64,000 bases of DNA, from the NCBI GenBank assembly GCA_041649675.1, contig JBAZMQ010000005.1, positions 9,635-73,634 on the forward strand, read 5' to 3'. The position numbers and the translations under genes were made by a program. Of this stretch, positions 27,170 through 35,795 are shown one piece after another (position 1 is the stretch's first letter; each line of letters starts with the position of its first letter). The DNA is from Patescibacteria group bacterium. Lineage in GTDB: Bacteria > Patescibacteriota > Patescibacteriia > Buchananbacterales > UBA6539. The notes beneath the pieces are model-generated. The model ran no database searches and was not told where the DNA came from. It saw nothing but the letters and a program-made list of their open reading frames with translations.

Positions 27170-27832
27170 ATGACTAACCCAATCAAAGCAAGCTTCAAAA
27201 CTGAAATTATCCCAATAATTCTAATTTTGCTAAGCATCGCTGCCAGTTTTTATTTCTATGCCAATTTTCCGCCAACCGTTGCAACTCATTGGAATTACAA
27301 AGGTGACGTTGACGGTTGGTCAAGTAAAGCTTTTGCTGCCTTTTTCTTTCCCTTTTTCAATATTGCTTTATATTTACTTTTTTTAGGTATTCCTTACTTA
27401 GATCCCAAAAAAGATCGCTATGAACAATTTGCCAAAGTTTATCATGTGTTTAAAAATTTGTTTGTCATCTTCATGACGGCAATATACTTTTTGGTCGGAT
27501 TAGCCGGCCTGGGTTATGATGTTTCAGTAGGCAGTATTGTCCCTGCCTCGGTTGGCATACTGTTTATAATTTTGGGCAACTACATGGGAAAAATCAAATC
27601 AAACTGGTTTATGGGCATCAGAACTCCTTGGACCTTGTCAAACGAAGAAGTTTGGAATAAAACCAACCGCTTAGGCGGAAAAATCTTTATTCTAATTGGT
27701 ATTCTTTTGATTGTTGGGATAGTTTTACCGCCAATGGTATTTTGGCAATTATTCATAATTGGCATGCTGATTATTGTTTTAGTGCCAATGATTTATTCAT
27801 TTTTACTTTATAAAAAATTAGAAAAGAAGTAA
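27170..27832 (+). CDS. sdpI: SdpI-family immunity membrane protein
   Basis: P..VATHWN..G.VDGW (DUF1648), NWFMGIRTPWTLSNEEVW.KT.R..GK. Confidence 0.88.
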   Translation: MTNPIKASFKTEIIPIILILLSIAASFYFYANFPPTVATHWNYKGDVDGWSSKAFAAFFFPFFNIALYLLFLGIPYLDPKKDRYEQFAKVYHVFKNLFVIFMTAIYFLVGLAGLGYDVSVGSIVPASVGILFIILGNYMGKIKSNWFMGIRTPWTLSNEEVWNKTNRLGGKIFILIGILLIVGIVLPPMVFWQLFIIGMLIIVLVPMIYSFLLYKKLEKK

Positions 27833-27909
27833 CATTTTGCGACACAATTGATAGGCAATATAATTTTATAGGGAAGAAGACTTTGGAATAATCCAAAGTC
27901 CTCGTTGTT

Positions 27910-28071
27910 TTAGTGTGGGAAGCCGGTCGGGGCTTGATTTACTGCGAGCAGTAAAATGTCAATTACTTTAGTAATCAACAATACAAGCTTTGACGCGACC
28001 TCAGGGAGGAACAGCTTCAAGACCACAATGGTCACGGCGAGAGCTAACCCTCCTCGAATAGTTTCAAACAT
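27910..28071 (-). CDS. Unannotated 53-aa hydrophobic microprotein
   Basis: MFETIRGGLALAVTIVVLKLFLPEVASKLVLLITKVIDILLLAVNQAPTGFPH; promoter TTGACA-17-TAAAAT (28257-28229) and hairpin GACTTTGGA..TCCAAAGTC (27879-27900) after the stop. Confidence 0.65.
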   Translation of the reverse strand: MFETIRGGLALAVTIVVLKLFLPEVASKLVLLITKVIDILLLAVNQAPTGFPH

Positions 28072-28360
28072 ACGTTTGCATGTTTATGAATAAGAGGTTG
28101 GGCTAACATACCCAAGATGACCAATCTTGACTGTTGTTTGCCCTCCCGTAACCACCGAGTATAACCATAGTCGGGGATTAACGAAGGGCAAACTTTTTTT
28201 AAGGAACAAGTGCGGCGGGCCGCCTTGTATTTTATAATAACTAAAAAAACGTGTCAAGGTATTACACGATTAATTAATGACAAATAGTTACCAAGTGCAA
28301 TAGATCTATCAACCCAAGCTGCGGGGGAATATTAATATGCTGCATTTTTTAAATGTCTTA

Positions 28361-28388
28361 GGGTCGCACAATATATCTTAAGCGACAC
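28361..28388. other. dif-like (Xer-type) 11-6-11 recombination site
   Basis: GGGTCGCACAA-TATATC-TTAAGCGACAC; quasi-palindromic arms. Confidence 0.45.
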
Positions 28389-28686
28389 TAGAGGAGTGGA
28401 CCCAGCCAATAAAAAGAATAATCAATTAGCTATAAAAAAGGCTTTAATAGTCAATTTAACCACTAAAGCCGACAAATATACCTTCTAACACCAAGGATTA
28501 GCTTAATATTAATAATATAAATTTTTAACAAAATTTTTTATTTCAGTAAGAAGAGAATTAATACTTAACAAGTTAAGTTAAACTAGGTTCAGGTTCAGTC
28601 TAGCCAATATTGCTGCGCAGCTATGTTTATAACCCAACCCAGGGGTCTAAAAACAGTAATTACGTATCCCCCATCCTTGGCCGGCT

Positions 28687-28720
28687 AAAAAAATGCGTCT
28701 TACATTTTACGACGCATTGA
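28687..28720 (-). terminator. Terminator of ddl-ftsQ
   Basis: Minus strand AATGCGTC...GACGCATT-TTTTT. Confidence 0.7.
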
Positions 28721-28763
28721 ATATATTAATTATTTTTTGAACTATGAATAATAATTATTACAA

Positions 28764-29624
28764 TTACTGATAAAAAACTTTTTCGCCAAAACGCAAATCA
28801 ATATATTTTAGCTTTTTATGATCCTTAATCTGCTGATGTAAAACAGATGTTAGTAAATCAATTTGGGTTTTAACTGATTCCTCCAAGCTAAAACGGACTT
28901 CCCAACCGTCTTTAGTTATTAAACTGATATCCTTTGCTTGCGGACTAGAGATATTGAAATGGGAAATATCAAAATCGGCGTTTAACTCAACCTGCTGAGT
29001 TAAATCAACAATAAAATTAATTAACTCTTTGGAAATGACGGCCTGACCAATTTTAAGCGGACTATTGCTTTGATCATAAATTATCGGATAACTATTAGTA
29101 CCTGCTTGAGGCCTAACTACTTGATTATCACCCTGTTGTTGAATAAATAAATCGGTTCCTTCTTCCTTTTTGATTACTACACCGTTTAAATCCAAAAAAT
29201 AATTTTGAGCGGCACTGACCCAAGATAAATATGATTTTTTTTCAGTAACCAAGATAGAGATGGTGTGAAAGTATTTCTTTTTTATTTCTAAATTCTCAAA
29301 GAAAAATTTTGCCAACAAATTAATTTTAGCCTGGTTTGAGTCAAAAAATAAAATATTGCTTTGACTAAAAATTAACCAACGTCTTTTGTTCAGTTGCTGG
29401 CCAATTTCAGCCTGGATCTCGTTATTACCGACGTATTGGTTACCGCTAATTTCAATCTTGTCTAGCCTAAAAGGTTTAGCAACAAAAAAATAAGCCAGGC
29501 CAAAAACTAATAAAATTAGCAAAAGCCAACCTAATTTATGACGGCTTTTCTTTTTGGCCTTAGGCTTTGATAAGTAATAAGGATTTTTGAAGCTTTTTCT
29601 TTGATAATCCCGCCGGCGGTGCAT
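28764..29624 (-). CDS. ftsQ: Cell division protein FtsQ/DivIB
   Basis: Basic N-tail, TM, POTRA (IEISGN), C-terminal YIDLRF; downstream of ddl. Confidence 0.8.
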   Translation of the reverse strand: MHRRRDYQRKSFKNPYYLSKPKAKKKSRHKLGWLLLILLVFGLAYFFVAKPFRLDKIEISGNQYVGNNEIQAEIGQQLNKRRWLIFSQSNILFFDSNQAKINLLAKFFFENLEIKKKYFHTISILVTEKKSYLSWVSAAQNYFLDLNGVVIKKEEGTDLFIQQQGDNQVVRPQAGTNSYPIIYDQSNSPLKIGQAVISKELINFIVDLTQQVELNADFDISHFNISSPQAKDISLITKDGWEVRFSLEESVKTQIDLLTSVLHQQIKDHKKLKYIDLRFGEKVFYQ

Positions 29625-29637
29625 AAAATTACTTTGT

Positions 29638-30783
29638 TTATTTGTACCAATCTTGTTTTGGCTGATAAGAAGTGGCTAATTTATTTTTTTCTTCAAACCG
29701 CTGAATGGCTAATTTAATTAATCGATCTAGCAAATCTTTGTAAGCAATACCACTGGCCTGCCAAAGCTTTGGATACATTGAAATTGAAGTAAAACCAGGG
29801 ATAGTATTAACTTCATTTAAATAAATTTTTTGGCTGCGTTTATTAACGAAAAAATCAACCCGGGACATACCCGCTAAATCAAGCGTCTTAAAAGCTAAAA
29901 CCGCTGTCTTTTGAATCTCCTTGGCTAACTTAGCTGGCAACTTGGCTGGAATTATGGCTTGCGAATTACCGTCAACGTACTTGGCGTCATAATCATAAAA
30001 CTCATTACCCGGGACAATTTCACCCGGCACTGAAGCTTGTGGCTTATCGTTGCCTAAAACGGCAACTTCAATTTCAGAAATATTTTCAATCCCCTGCTCA
30101 ACGATTATTTTTCGATCATACTGCATGGCTTCCTTAATACCGCTAACCAACTCTTTGCGATTATGGCATTTGCCAACACCAACACTGGAACCAGTATTAG
30201 CCGGTTTAACAAACATCGGATAGTGAAGGTTTTTTTCCAGCCGGTTTAAAAGACTATTTTGGTCCTTTTGCCATTCACTGCTTAAAAACCAATCGTACTC
30301 AACAATCGGCAGGTTCTGCTCTTTAAACAGCTGTTTTTGAACGATTTTATCCATACCCAAGGCCGAACCCAAAACGCCAGGGCCAACATAAGCAATATTG
30401 GCCATTTCCAAAAGTCCCTGCAGTTTACCGTCTTCACCGTAAGTACCGTGCATCACTGGAATAATTACATCCAATTTATCAAACGAATGATTTTGTTCGA
30501 CGGTTGATAAATTATTATCTTTGACGCTAATCAAACCTTTCTCGGTTGGATCAGGCACAATTACCGATTTAAATGGCAATTTTTTAATCCCTTCTTTAAG
30601 AAAATGAACAGCCTGGGAACCGGCAATCCATTTGCCTTCTTTCGTAATACCAATTGGGATAACATCGTATTTATCTTTATCTAACGCTGCCATAACCGAC
30701 TGAGCCGAAACTATTGAAACTTCATGCTCGCCAGACCGGCCACCAAAGATTACTCCAATTTTAATTTTTTTAGGTTTAGTCAT
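29638..30783 (-). CDS. ddl: D-alanine--D-alanine ligase
   Basis: GGRSGEHEVS, HGTYGEDG, GSSVG, YDYDAKY, NEVNTIPGFT. Confidence 0.96.
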   Translation of the reverse strand: MTKPKKIKIGVIFGGRSGEHEVSIVSAQSVMAALDKDKYDVIPIGITKEGKWIAGSQAVHFLKEGIKKLPFKSVIVPDPTEKGLISVKDNNLSTVEQNHSFDKLDVIIPVMHGTYGEDGKLQGLLEMANIAYVGPGVLGSALGMDKIVQKQLFKEQNLPIVEYDWFLSSEWQKDQNSLLNRLEKNLHYPMFVKPANTGSSVGVGKCHNRKELVSGIKEAMQYDRKIIVEQGIENISEIEVAVLGNDKPQASVPGEIVPGNEFYDYDAKYVDGNSQAIIPAKLPAKLAKEIQKTAVLAFKTLDLAGMSRVDFFVNKRSQKIYLNEVNTIPGFTSISMYPKLWQASGIAYKDLLDRLIKLAIQRFEEKNKLATSYQPKQDWYK

Positions 30784-30914
30784 AGAAAAATTTATCACAA
30801 GATCTTAATTGACCAATAAAATAAATATATCAATTTATCAAGGTAAAATCAAATATTACTGATTTATTTATACATATATTTTAACTAATTTAAGCCAAAA
30901 TATAATAAATACTC

Positions 30915-30943
30915 TTGACAATTTTTTTCTAAAATGCTACAAT
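30915..30943 (+). promoter_or_regulatory. Extended -10 sigma70-type promoter
   Basis: TTGACA-17 nt-(TGn)TACAAT. Confidence 0.75.
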
Positions 30944-30949
30944 ACTTTC

Positions 30950-31670
30950 TACAATGTACCTTGACTTTTTTAACCGAAACTTCAACCATGGAGAAAATTG
31001 CTTATAGAAAAAAACAAAACTCAACGGACAAAATAAACTTGTAAGACAAGCATAACTTAAGAAAGGAGCGCACGGATGAGGAAATACTTATTACTGCCAT
31101 TTAAATGACGGGCCTGAAATAAAAAGGCATCATTCTTTCTCCCAACCGTTGTTTGTTGTCCGTTTTGTCCGCTTATTGCCCCGCGGCACAGAGATTCGCG
31201 GGAGTACTGCTTGAGCAGAGAGCGGACTATGGGTGCGCGGATGGCGCACTGGATAGAGGATACTTTGATCCGGAAAAAAATTTTTTCTGACCCGGACGTC
31301 CATCCAAAAAAGTATCCATTGTTACGGATGCAGAGCGAAAGTGCCGATAGTGCCCGAGGGCATACCTGACGCGCGGAGCCTCAGAGCCCCCAATATGCTT
31401 CTGTCGGATGGCTGCATCCAAAATTTGATCCCGAGGGTCTAACGATTGCGGATTTTAAGCGCTGCACTCACCACGGGTAGTGTGGCGTGACCGCGTTTAG
31501 AGGTTGCCCTTACGAGGATCATGGTTGTCGGGACCGGTTATAAGCGGTCGACGGATCGCCAGTTTTTCAGGACTTGGCAGATGCCGTTCCACCCCAACTG
31601 GTACCCTTGTTGCCCGAACCCCGGACGTCTTGTTGCATGAAAATGTGACAGACTCCGGGGTTCCTCACTT
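30950..31670 (+). ncRNA. Candidate large structured RNA of unknown class
   Basis: GC-rich, no convincing long ORF, many nested stems, closing GAAA-capped hairpin 31616-31663. Confidence 0.5.
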
Positions 31671-31681
31671 CTATATAAATT

Positions 31682-32794
31682 TTAATTTAAATATTTTCTT
31701 TTCAATACCGGATTAATCCGCGTTACCACTTCATAGTTAATCGTACCAATTTTTTCGGCTAATGATTCTACTGTAATCCCCTTTCCTAACAAGACCACTT
31801 CCTCGCCGACTTTGGCATTTTTAACCGAACTGATATCAACCATAGTTAAATTCATACAAATTCGCCCGACCACCGGGCATTTTTTATTTTTAATTAAAAC
31901 TTGGCCTTTACTGCTTAAGTGCCTGTCATAACCCTCCCAATAACCAACGGCCAAAACTGCAATGGTCATTTTCTTTTTAGCTGTGTAAGTACAGCCGTAA
32001 CCAATCTTGGTACCAGCAGAAATTTCTTTAATCTGAATAATTTTGGTTTTCCAAACCAAGGCGGGTTTTAACTTTAACCACGGATAATGCTTTAAAGCTA
32101 TTTTTTTGGCCAAAGGTGAGGGCCAAAGACCGTATAAACCCAAACCTAACCTAATTAGATTCAAATGGGCCTGAGGCTTAACTAAGGCAGCAGCCGAGCA
32201 AGCAAAATGTCGGTACGGGATAACGCGCAACTGATCGGATTGATTTAAAACCTGACCAAACTTATCAACTTGCAGCTGAGTGTATTTTTGATTTTCTTCA
32301 GAAGCAGCGAAATGACTATAAATTCCAACAATTTCTAAGTTTGGTAATTGACTAATTTTTTTAATAAACTCAAAAGCATTTTGAGCTAAAACTCCCACCC
32401 GGCTAGCACCGGTATCAACTTTGATATGGATCTTAGCGTATTTTCCTGATTTGGCTGCGATTTGAGAAATTAATTTTGCCGTTGGCAAATCATAAACTGG
32501 CAACTCAATATTTTGCTCAATACCTTGTTTAAGATAATTACTTTGAGCATAACTTAAAACAAAGATTCGATTTTTAATTTTATTTTTGCGCAGCTTTAAA
32601 GCTTCACCCAAACTAACAACGCCTAACCAACTGGTTTTTGAGCTAACTAATTTTGCCATTTGCACCATGCCGTGACCATAAGCGTTACTTTTAACAATTG
32701 GCATAATTTCAACTGACTGGCCAACAACTTTTTGGTACTGAGCTAAATTATGTAAAATAGCGGATTTTGAAATTTCTACCCAGGAATTATACAT
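31682..32794 (-). CDS. alr: Alanine racemase
   Basis: VKSNAYGHG PLP lysine, HIKVDTG..R.G, SHFA, IGYG, GRICM. Confidence 0.96.
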   Translation of the reverse strand: MYNSWVEISKSAILHNLAQYQKVVGQSVEIMPIVKSNAYGHGMVQMAKLVSSKTSWLGVVSLGEALKLRKNKIKNRIFVLSYAQSNYLKQGIEQNIELPVYDLPTAKLISQIAAKSGKYAKIHIKVDTGASRVGVLAQNAFEFIKKISQLPNLEIVGIYSHFAASEENQKYTQLQVDKFGQVLNQSDQLRVIPYRHFACSAAALVKPQAHLNLIRLGLGLYGLWPSPLAKKIALKHYPWLKLKPALVWKTKIIQIKEISAGTKIGYGCTYTAKKKMTIAVLAVGYWEGYDRHLSSKGQVLIKNKKCPVVGRICMNLTMVDISSVKNAKVGEEVVLLGKGITVESLAEKIGTINYEVVTRINPVLKRKYLN

Positions 32795-32936
32795 TTTTTT
32801 ATCTAATTTTAGAGGTTTTTTATCTTAAATATTGACAATTTTTATATAATATGGTATTATTATTTGTTAACCATCCAAAAAATAAAGATGGTAATAAAAA
32901 GGCAGAAACCGCAACTTCAACCCAGGAGAAACGACC

Positions 32937-33041
32937 ATGACCATGGTTATCAACAGTAACGGAGAGGTAGACTACTACCCTGGTGACGACAGAGTTGTCG
33001 TCGCTGACCAAGCTCGCCAAGCCGAAAAAGAACGGCTATAA
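32937..33041 (+). CDS. Unannotated 34-aa orphan microprotein in its own unit
   Basis: TTGACA-17-(TGn)TATTAT 32832-32860; AGGAG SD; MTMVINSNGEVDYYPGDDRVVVADQARQAEKERL; hairpin GGCCGGTA..TACCGGCT 33060-33098. Confidence 0.55.
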   Translation: MTMVINSNGEVDYYPGDDRVVVADQARQAEKERL

Positions 33042-33110
33042 TCCATCTGCGACAACAAGGGCCGGTACACGCACAGTGATGCACGCGTTTACCGGCTCTT
33101 TCCCTTTTAG

Positions 33111-34358
33111 CTAACTTTTTTCAATTTTTTTAAAGCCAGTAAATTTTTGTAACACTTTTGGAATTTTAATGCTACCGTCTTTTTGCTGAAACTGTTCAAG
33201 GATGGCCGGAAACAAACGGCTGGTAGCCAAGCCTGAAGCGTTTAGCGTATGAACAAAATCATTTTTACCGGTTTCTTTATTTTTAAACCTGACATTGCCT
33301 CGCCTGGCTTGGTAATCCAAGGCATTAGAAATACTGCTAACTTCTTTATAAATTCCCATACTGGGAATCCAAACTTCAACATCAATGGTTTTGGCCATAG
33401 CGGCACTGGCATCGCCGGCGGCTAACTGAACGGATTGAAAATGCAAACCCAAACCGTCAACTAACTTTTCGGCGTTGGCGGTCAATTCTTTAAACGAATC
33501 CCAGGAATGCTTGGGCTTAGTATAATGAAACATTTCAATTTTATTAAACTGATGACCGCGAATCATTCCTCTTTCTTCCTTGCGGTAAGACCCAGCTTCG
33601 CGCCGAAAACAAGAAGAATAGGCACAATATTTTAAAGGCAGCTGAGATTCATCCAAAATCTCGTCGCGATGATAATTGCCAAGCATCATTTCCGAGGTGG
33701 CATTTAAGCAAAGCTGGTCTTGGGTCCAATATAAATCATCGCGGAACTTTGGCAGATGGCCGGAAGTGTAAGCCGATTTTTCCGTTAGTAAAAACGGCGG
33801 GATCATAAAAGTGTATTTGTTTTTGAGATGAAATTCCAAAAAGTAACTAAGCAAAGCCCATTCCAAAACTGCGCCCGCACCCTTATAAACCCAAAAACCA
33901 TTGCCTGACATCTTAACTCCCCTTTCATAATCAATAATATCCAAATCAGTAGCGAGCTGAACATGGTCTTTGGGACTAAATTTGAATTCTGATTTTTTGC
34001 CAAAAGTTTTTATCACCTTATTATTTTCCTTACCCCCGGCTAAAACATCATCGGCGGGAATATTGGGTAAGGCTGCCAACTTGTCATTTAACTCAGTTTC
34101 GGCCACTCTGACTTTTTCATCCAACTCCTTAATCTCTTCGCCAATGGTTTTCATTTTGGCAATAATTTCTGGGCTGGGTTTGGTTTTTGAATATTTGTTT
34201 CTTTCCGCTTTTAAAACTTCAACTTGTTGCAACAACTTTTTTCGTTCATCGTCTAAGCTCAAAACTGAATCCAAATCTAAATCTTTTGGTTCCATTCTTT
34301 TTAGTAAGGCCGTTTTGACTGTTTCTTTTTCCTGACGAATCTTATTAATGTCTAACAT
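33111..34358 (-). CDS. serS: Serine--tRNA ligase
   Basis: ATSE, FRREAG, RGHQFNKIE, HTLNASGLA..R. Confidence 0.96.
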   Translation of the reverse strand: MLDINKIRQEKETVKTALLKRMEPKDLDLDSVLSLDDERKKLLQQVEVLKAERNKYSKTKPSPEIIAKMKTIGEEIKELDEKVRVAETELNDKLAALPNIPADDVLAGGKENNKVIKTFGKKSEFKFSPKDHVQLATDLDIIDYERGVKMSGNGFWVYKGAGAVLEWALLSYFLEFHLKNKYTFMIPPFLLTEKSAYTSGHLPKFRDDLYWTQDQLCLNATSEMMLGNYHRDEILDESQLPLKYCAYSSCFRREAGSYRKEERGMIRGHQFNKIEMFHYTKPKHSWDSFKELTANAEKLVDGLGLHFQSVQLAAGDASAAMAKTIDVEVWIPSMGIYKEVSSISNALDYQARRGNVRFKNKETGKNDFVHTLNASGLATSRLFPAILEQFQQKDGSIKIPKVLQKFTGFKKIEKS

Positions 34359-34750
34359 ATATTTTTATTAATCTTTGAAGATTTATAAATATTTGGTTGA
34401 TACGACTTTAGTCTGATAATTTTTATTTTTGGAAAAAGTTTTTTTAAATCAGCTGTAAAATTTACTTGATCATAACCAAGACAAATTATATCAGGCTGGT
34501 ATTTTTTAATAACTTGGTATGGGTCACGAATTTGGCCCAAAACCACAGTGTCGGCAATATTGATTTTTTTGATCCCGCCTAAACGCTTAAGCTCATTGAA
34601 TTTGGGCAACCGGCCTTTGATTTTTTTAACATTTTTATCTCTGGCAATTACAACAATGATTTGATCGCCAAATTTTTTGGCTTGTTTGAATAAATTCAAA
34701 TGACCGGCGTGCAAGCCATCAAACGTGCCAAAGACCATGACTTTTTTCAT
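34352..34750 (-). CDS. Cytidylyltransferase-fold protein (RibL/FAD synthase-like)
   Basis: FGTFDGLHAGH, VIARD, PDIICLGYDQ, KSS. Confidence 0.85.
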   Translation of the reverse strand: MKKVMVFGTFDGLHAGHLNLFKQAKKFGDQIIVVIARDKNVKKIKGRLPKFNELKRLGGIKKINIADTVVLGQIRDPYQVIKKYQPDIICLGYDQVNFTADLKKLFPKIKIIRLKSYQPNIYKSSKINKNIC

Positions 34751-34752
34751 AT

Positions 34753-35319
34753 TTAGACCCCAAGCTCCGGCGCAATTTCTTTCATTGCCTGCAGACTCAA
34801 AGCAATAAAATCATCTAAGATGATATCCGCTTGTTCACATTCACGAATAATATCGCGGTTAACATTGGCGGCAAACGACTTATCTTTCATCTTCTTTTTT
34901 ATTGAACTGACTTCAACTGATTCCAGTTTTTTATCCGGCCGGACCAAGGCACAAGCATAAATCAAGCCAGTAATAGTTTCGGCCGCGGCTAACAAATGCT
35001 GCAGTTTGGTTGTTCGCTGCTGACTGGCCAAATCCGGACCCAAAGCGGCAAAACCGTAACCATGGGAAACGACTGTCTCAATAAAATCATTGTCAAACCC
35101 AGCCCGACTTAAAATTTCACGGCATTGGCGGCAATGGACACTCTCGCCATATTCCCAATCAATATCGTGCAATAAGCCTAAATTGCCCCAAACCTCTTCA
35201 TTTTCGCCCAAGCGCTTAGCTAAGGCCCTCATAATCACCTCGGACTCCCGGCTATGATTTAGATTAGCCGGATTTTTCATATGTTCAGTAAGTAAAATGT
35301 AGGCCTGCTGTCTATCCAT
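34753..35319 (-). CDS. HD/HDIG-domain protein
   Basis: NH, GLLHDID, SH, KKKMKDKSFAANVNR. Confidence 0.85.
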   Translation of the reverse strand: MDRQQAYILLTEHMKNPANLNHSRESEVIMRALAKRLGENEEVWGNLGLLHDIDWEYGESVHCRQCREILSRAGFDNDFIETVVSHGYGFAALGPDLASQQRTTKLQHLLAAAETITGLIYACALVRPDKKLESVEVSSIKKKMKDKSFAANVNRDIIRECEQADIILDDFIALSLQAMKEIAPELGV

Positions 35320-35324
35320 AAATT

Positions 35325-35789
35325 TTAATTTTCTGATTTATCTTTATGTTTGACTTCCATTTTACTGCGAATCCGATCGCTGTTTAAACCATAAAGCACA
35401 GCTAAAGCAATTAAGGTGGTAAAAATTGCCGCAAAATAAAAACCTAAGCCAACGGCCAAGCCAACGGCGGAAACCAACCAAATCGTCGCTGCTGTAGTTA
35501 TACCATGAACCATTTCGTCATCTTCTTTATCACCATGACCGCGAATAATTACGCCCGCCCCTAAAAAACCAATACCAGTAATTACGCCATACGCCAATTT
35601 AGTCGGATCACCGTCTTGCCCGGAAACAAAAAGTGAAGTTAGCATCACTAAAGTTGAACCAACACCAACCAAAATATTAGTGCGTAAACCAGCCGGCTTA
35701 TGCCGATACTCTCGCTCCAAACCAATAATGCCGGCTAAAACTGCCGAAAGCAACAAACGAAAAACGATTTGAACCGTTGTTAAAATCAT
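35325..35789 (-). CDS. MgtC/SapB family membrane protein
   Basis: IGLERE...KPAGLRT, GIGFLGAG, GITTAATIW. Confidence 0.92.
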   Translation of the reverse strand: MILTTVQIVFRLLLSAVLAGIIGLEREYRHKPAGLRTNILVGVGSTLVMLTSLFVSGQDGDPTKLAYGVITGIGFLGAGVIIRGHGDKEDDEMVHGITTAATIWLVSAVGLAVGLGFYFAAIFTTLIALAVLYGLNSDRIRSKMEVKHKDKSEN

Positions 35790-35795
35790 ATTTTT

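Noticed and set aside
27870-28200. Stand-alone housekeeping ncRNA or c-di-GMP riboswitch
   Set aside because: Known consensus motifs are absent beyond GGCAAAC; a coherent hydrophobic ORF with promoter on the minus strand explains the region better. An antisense role is kept as a hypothesis.
30950-31670. RNase P RNA, tmRNA, SRP RNA or group II intron
   Set aside because: No GAGGAAAGUCC or ACAGAA.CCGGC, no tRNA-like GGGG..CCA ends, no SRP domain IV motif, and no domain V AGC triad seen on either strand.
31227-31716. Track ORFs 31227-31421(-) and 31504-31716(+)
   Set aside because: No SD or recognisable motifs, one overlaps the alr end, and such lengths are expected by chance in GC-rich sequence.
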